Origin: Carpediemonas membranifera BICM
Taxonomy: Eukaryota; Protista; Fornicata
Direction of reading: 5' to 3'
DNA length: 64,000 bases
Assembly: GCA_019828565.1 (NCBI GenBank)
Contig: JAHDYR010000005.1
Span: 1,171,370-1,235,369, forward strand
The notes beneath the pieces are model-generated. The model was given only the letters and a program-made list of their open reading frames with translations, was not told the DNA's origin and ran no database searches. A program made the position numbers and the translations under genes. Shown piece by piece: positions 60,820 to 64,000 of the stretch; positions within the stretch are counted from its first letter, which is position 1, and each line of letters begins with the position of its first letter.

Positions 60820-61317
60820 TTAGTTTGAGTTCTTCGTGCCGGCGCGCTTCGGCTTCTTCCCGTGAAAACCCCGGTTGCCGCCGTCATGTCCGGTGCCGGG
60901 CTTGGTGTTCTTCTCGGTCAGGCGGGGGATCTTGGACAGGGTGCGGAGGACGAGAGTCTCGATCTCCGTCTCGTTCATCTCGTGGCGCTCGGCAAGGGCG
61001 GCCATGCCCGCGGTGGAGACAGCAGAGGCGGCTAGGTAGCCGTAGCGGTCCTTCACCCATAGGACTCGGTGACGGAGGAAGATGCGAGCGAGTACGGCGA
61101 AGCCACTGATTCGATTGAACTTGAAGCTGCGGTAGATCTCCTCGAGGAACTCCGCCTCTTCGCGCATAGTGGATGAAGCAGGACGCTTCCAAGTCATGGT
61201 GGTCTCTTGCCGAAGCAGATCTACTGTCTCTCGGACGTTGCCGCCGGCAGTAAATGCGTCTTGAAGCTGTTGAACGGTGGCTTTGAGCTCTGCGATCTCT
61301 TGGGCGGCGTCTCCCAT
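60820..61317 (-). CDS. PAT-like Gag
   Basis: ATG just after repeat A1; homologous to other gag fragments in the window. Confidence 0.75.
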   Translation of the reverse strand: MGDAAQEIAELKATVQQLQDAFTAGGNVRETVDLLRQETTMTWKRPASSTMREEAEFLEEIYRSFKFNRISGFAVLARIFLRHRVLWVKDRYGYLAASAVSTAGMAALAERHEMNETEIETLVLRTLSKIPRLTEKNTKPGTGHDGGNRGFHGKKPKRAGTKNSN

Positions 61318-61442
61318 CTGTTTCAGTTCGCTCTTGAACAACTGAACCGCCCTTATGAGACGCACGATCCCGTCTTTGAGATCGTATCGAATCATCCTCG
61401 ACCTCTCGCGCCGAAGTTTTGGCTCCGCTGGCCTTGCCAACA

Positions 61443-61515
61443 GCTTCCATAGCTCAGTCGGTAGAGCGGCAGACTGTTAATCTGTAGGTCGTTGGTTCGA
61501 GCCCAACTGGGAGCG
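61443..61515 (+). tRNA. tRNA-Asn (GTT)
   Basis: Cloverleaf: GCTTCCA/TGGGAGC acceptor, GCTC/GAGC D-stem, GCAGA-CTGTTAA-TCTGT, GTTGG-TTCGAGC-CCAAC; no encoded CCA; TTTT 3 nt downstream. Confidence 0.96.
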
Positions 61516-61539
61516 CAATTTTGACCATAATCAACTCGC

Positions 61540-63560
61540 CAGGCGCTAGACTAGGCTAGCCACCTAACTCATACTCCCAAAGGGGGGGGGTAAAGGATTT
61601 ATTCTTCTCGGGCTCCTTTAGGCCCGATGTGCCTTCGGGCATTCGAAATTCTGATGCCATAAACTGCACGTTTCCGTGCGCCCTCTCGGGCGTCTCAGCA
61701 CCCCGGGTGCCAATGGGCTCGAGTGGTACTCTTGCTGGCTAGATAACACAATCATTCCAAACGGCCCGACTCGCGGGCCACCTGACCCTCTACACTCTGT
61801 AGATCCAACGGGGTTGTCCCGCCGGCCGAGGAGATATCATTAACTCCTAGCTGTCACCTCCCGTGAGGTCGCAACAGCCTGCACCATAAACATCCCATCG
61901 AATGTTTACAGTGGCTTGCCCAAAAGAGACCTGGCGATGTCTCTCTGGACCGCGGGGTGCTGGCGGATGCCATTGCCGGTGTACGCCAGCAGGCTCTTCG
62001 CGGAGCGCCAGTTCCCCAGTGCCATCAGCACGTGCTCAGGAGTGCCGGCGACGGCGAGCTCGGTCGCCGCGCCCTTTCTGAAGCTGTGCCAAGTGACGGA
62101 GTCGCCAAACACTGCTGCGATCCAGCGCCTCATTGCGCCTTCTGACAGCCCCTCTGTCTTGCTGATCGTGTCTCCGTTGACCTTCCTCCATAGTGAATCC
62201 GTGTCGCGCTTCGTGGCCAAGTTGACCCAAAGCTGGAGCGCCTTCGCGATGTTGAATGAGTCAAAGGTGGCGTTGACCACGAGCTTCTTCACCTCTGTGG
62301 TAGTCTTGGTGCGTGCCATGAACAGCGTCGCGTCGCCCTCTGGGCTGAACGTCACGTCTCCCCTCGTCAGTGTGAAGATTTCCTTGCCGCGGCTGACAGT
62401 TTGGAAGCAGAGTGCGGCGAACAAGACCGCCTGGAACGTCTTCGGATCTTGTTTCCAACGTCGGAAACCCGACCGGATTATGTCGCTCGTCACCGGTCGA
62501 GCCCCGCCAGTCAGTCTGGTGGTGGATGCTACGTTGCGGACTGATCGGATGATCTCGCTGCTGTCCTGCGGGGGGGTCCAGTCGCAGATCAGTGGGGCCG
62601 CTTTGCAAATCCAGTGTCCCTTCTTGCCGATCGTGTCGGGCCCCGAGGTCTTGGCTTCGCTCATGAGGTGCTGCCTGAGCTGCGCCGCGTGTGATAGCGT
62701 GGTGTCTCTCGACGCGTTGAACTTGACGAGGTTGCCCGCGACTGCCCTGCGTGACGCCTCTAGGCTCAGATGTGAGAGCCTGTCGTGGTGGAGGAGGAAC
62801 TCGAAGTCCTGATGATCATCGCGATGAGCCTTATCCTGCCCCTCTCGGCCAGCCGCGACAGCTCGGAGTCCGACAGAAGATCTTGGTTCACTCTGAAGTA
62901 CATCTTGGGAACTGATGAGAGGGCTAGCAAGCGGCGGAGTTCTGGTGACGGGATGTCCGGAGTCACTATTATCGCAGCTGACCTCCACGTCTGAGGGGAT
63001 CCAGTCTGGGTCGGCGACCGAATCGTCCGAATATGCAGATATGTCGCTGGAATCATCGCTACTGGAGGAGCTGCGAAGACTCTCATCCCCGTCCAGTCCC
63101 GAGACAGGCCGTGTTCTGCGAGAGTCCATCCGTGCTGAGCGAATCCTGGGAGGGCCAGGCGGCGAGTGGGAGCGGCGGTCGCGTCGACCTGCACTGGTCC
63201 CCAGTTGCGCTGGATTCGCTCGAGGACTGAACGCGGGGTCGACCACTCGAGCTTCATGAACCGGCTCAGCCTGTCCGGCTCCACGTTGAGGTGTCCTGCG
63301 ATGTGAAGACATTGAGCCACGAGGTTTCTGCTGTCGAGGTGTTGTTGCAGCTCGTGGAGTAGGCTCATGACTGTCTGGTCTGCTCTTGTCGATCCGCCCT
63401 TGTTGACCCACGAGACTACGGCCGAGTTGTCGCAGAAAACTGTCAGGGTGCGCACCTGCGAAATCCAAATTTCTGCGCCACGACTGACATAAACTGCCCG
63501 AGGCATCGACACCCCAGGCGTCCACGGTTCTGTGTAGAACCCTCCACAAAGTGGCTCGCT
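61540..63560 (-). mobile_element. Second PAT/DIRS family, 3' part (RNase H end, MT-like domain, tyrosine recombinase)
   Basis: FCDN, DRLSR, VDATA..DW..VFAAPP (62766-63512); YR ORF; G-run terminus at 61581. Ends approximate. Confidence 0.82.
61906..62800 (-). CDS. Tyrosine recombinase domain (C-terminal part of ORF 61906-63549)
   Basis: TVSRGKE, RTKT, HSFRKG, GNW, SLLAY. Confidence 0.88.
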
Positions 63561-63752
63561 AGCTTGACTGGCAAGCCTTTCTCACATACTACGCTTGATA
63601 TCCAACGGGGGGGGAGAAGATTTACTTTAGAAACCCCGGTCTCCGAAGTAAATATTCGGGACTTACCTGCGCTCCGGCAACCTATGTAAGTCGAACGTGC
63701 TCATCTTACCGGATGAGCCGTACATCGGCCTTGGCCGATGCGGGCAGACGGG
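63560..63752 (-). mobile_element. Putative 3' terminus of a third PAT/DIRS family
   Basis: G-run, ATTTA and hairpin cluster as at 57170 and 61581. Confidence 0.45.
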
Positions 63753-64000
63753 TTGTACATCCCCTTCCACGTCTTTCCTCTTTCAATCAGGCGTTGTAGG
63801 GTAGCCCGAATGCCCAGATGTCCTTGTAAACCCCCATGTATGCTTTCGATCAGGTCAGTATGGCTCGTATCGGCACTTTGTAGGTGTACTAGACGGGACA
63901 AGCCGTCTGCACCGCCGTTGGCCACTCCTGGTACGTGTTCCACGGAATAGTTGAATCGTGCCATGGCCAGATGCCACCTAACCACCTTAGCGTTGGCAGA
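63753..64000 (-). mobile_element. Gypsy G3 pol fragment (RNase H end, integrase zinc finger)
   Basis: RWHL..ADGLSR..H..GH..W; about 45 bp nearly identical to 20320-20364. Confidence 0.85.

Larger units (their letters stand above)
57127..61439 (-). mobile_element. Complete PAT-like tyrosine-recombinase retrotransposon with split direct repeats
   Basis: A1 61320-61439, A2 57317-57436 (120 bp), B1 57437-57482, B2 57127-57172 (46 bp); order A1-ORFs-B1-A2-B2; gag, RT/RH/MT-like, YR. Confidence 0.93.

Noticed and set aside
61420-61439. TGG start of repeat A as a tRNA primer-binding site
   Set aside because: The sequence after TGG lacks the complement of the T-loop (TCGAA) at the expected spacing and does not match the adjacent tRNA-Asn.

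Overview
This is eukaryotic DNA, probably from a microbial eukaryote (about 28-nt intron candidates; the organism cannot be identified from the window). It consists almost entirely of nested mobile elements, plus one tRNA-Asn(GTT) gene. It holds at least six families of chromodomain-type Ty3/gypsy LTR retrotransposons with very short LTRs (66-127 bp), APE-RT LINEs with (TTC)/(TTTC) tails, PAT/DIRS-type tyrosine-recombinase retrotransposons (one complete, starting 3 nt from the tRNA), and a family of large CMC/EnSpm-like DNA transposons with CATGCWGTCAA termini. Of the latter, one carries a transposase and one is a 13-kb transposase-less element with OTU, recombinase-like, PIWI-fragment and satellite cargo. 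Target-site duplications resolve two multi-level insertion nests. The most striking signal: every 5' LTR seen (five families) is followed, where a tRNA primer-binding site should be, by a perfect 12-bp palindrome whose sequence differs in each family, which suggests a tRNA-independent priming or dimerisation mechanism. One LINE also carries a DEDDh/Maelstrom-like ORF. Many frameshifts look like homopolymer or assembly indels, so ORF integrity is uncertain. All domain calls are by motif recognition, with no database search.
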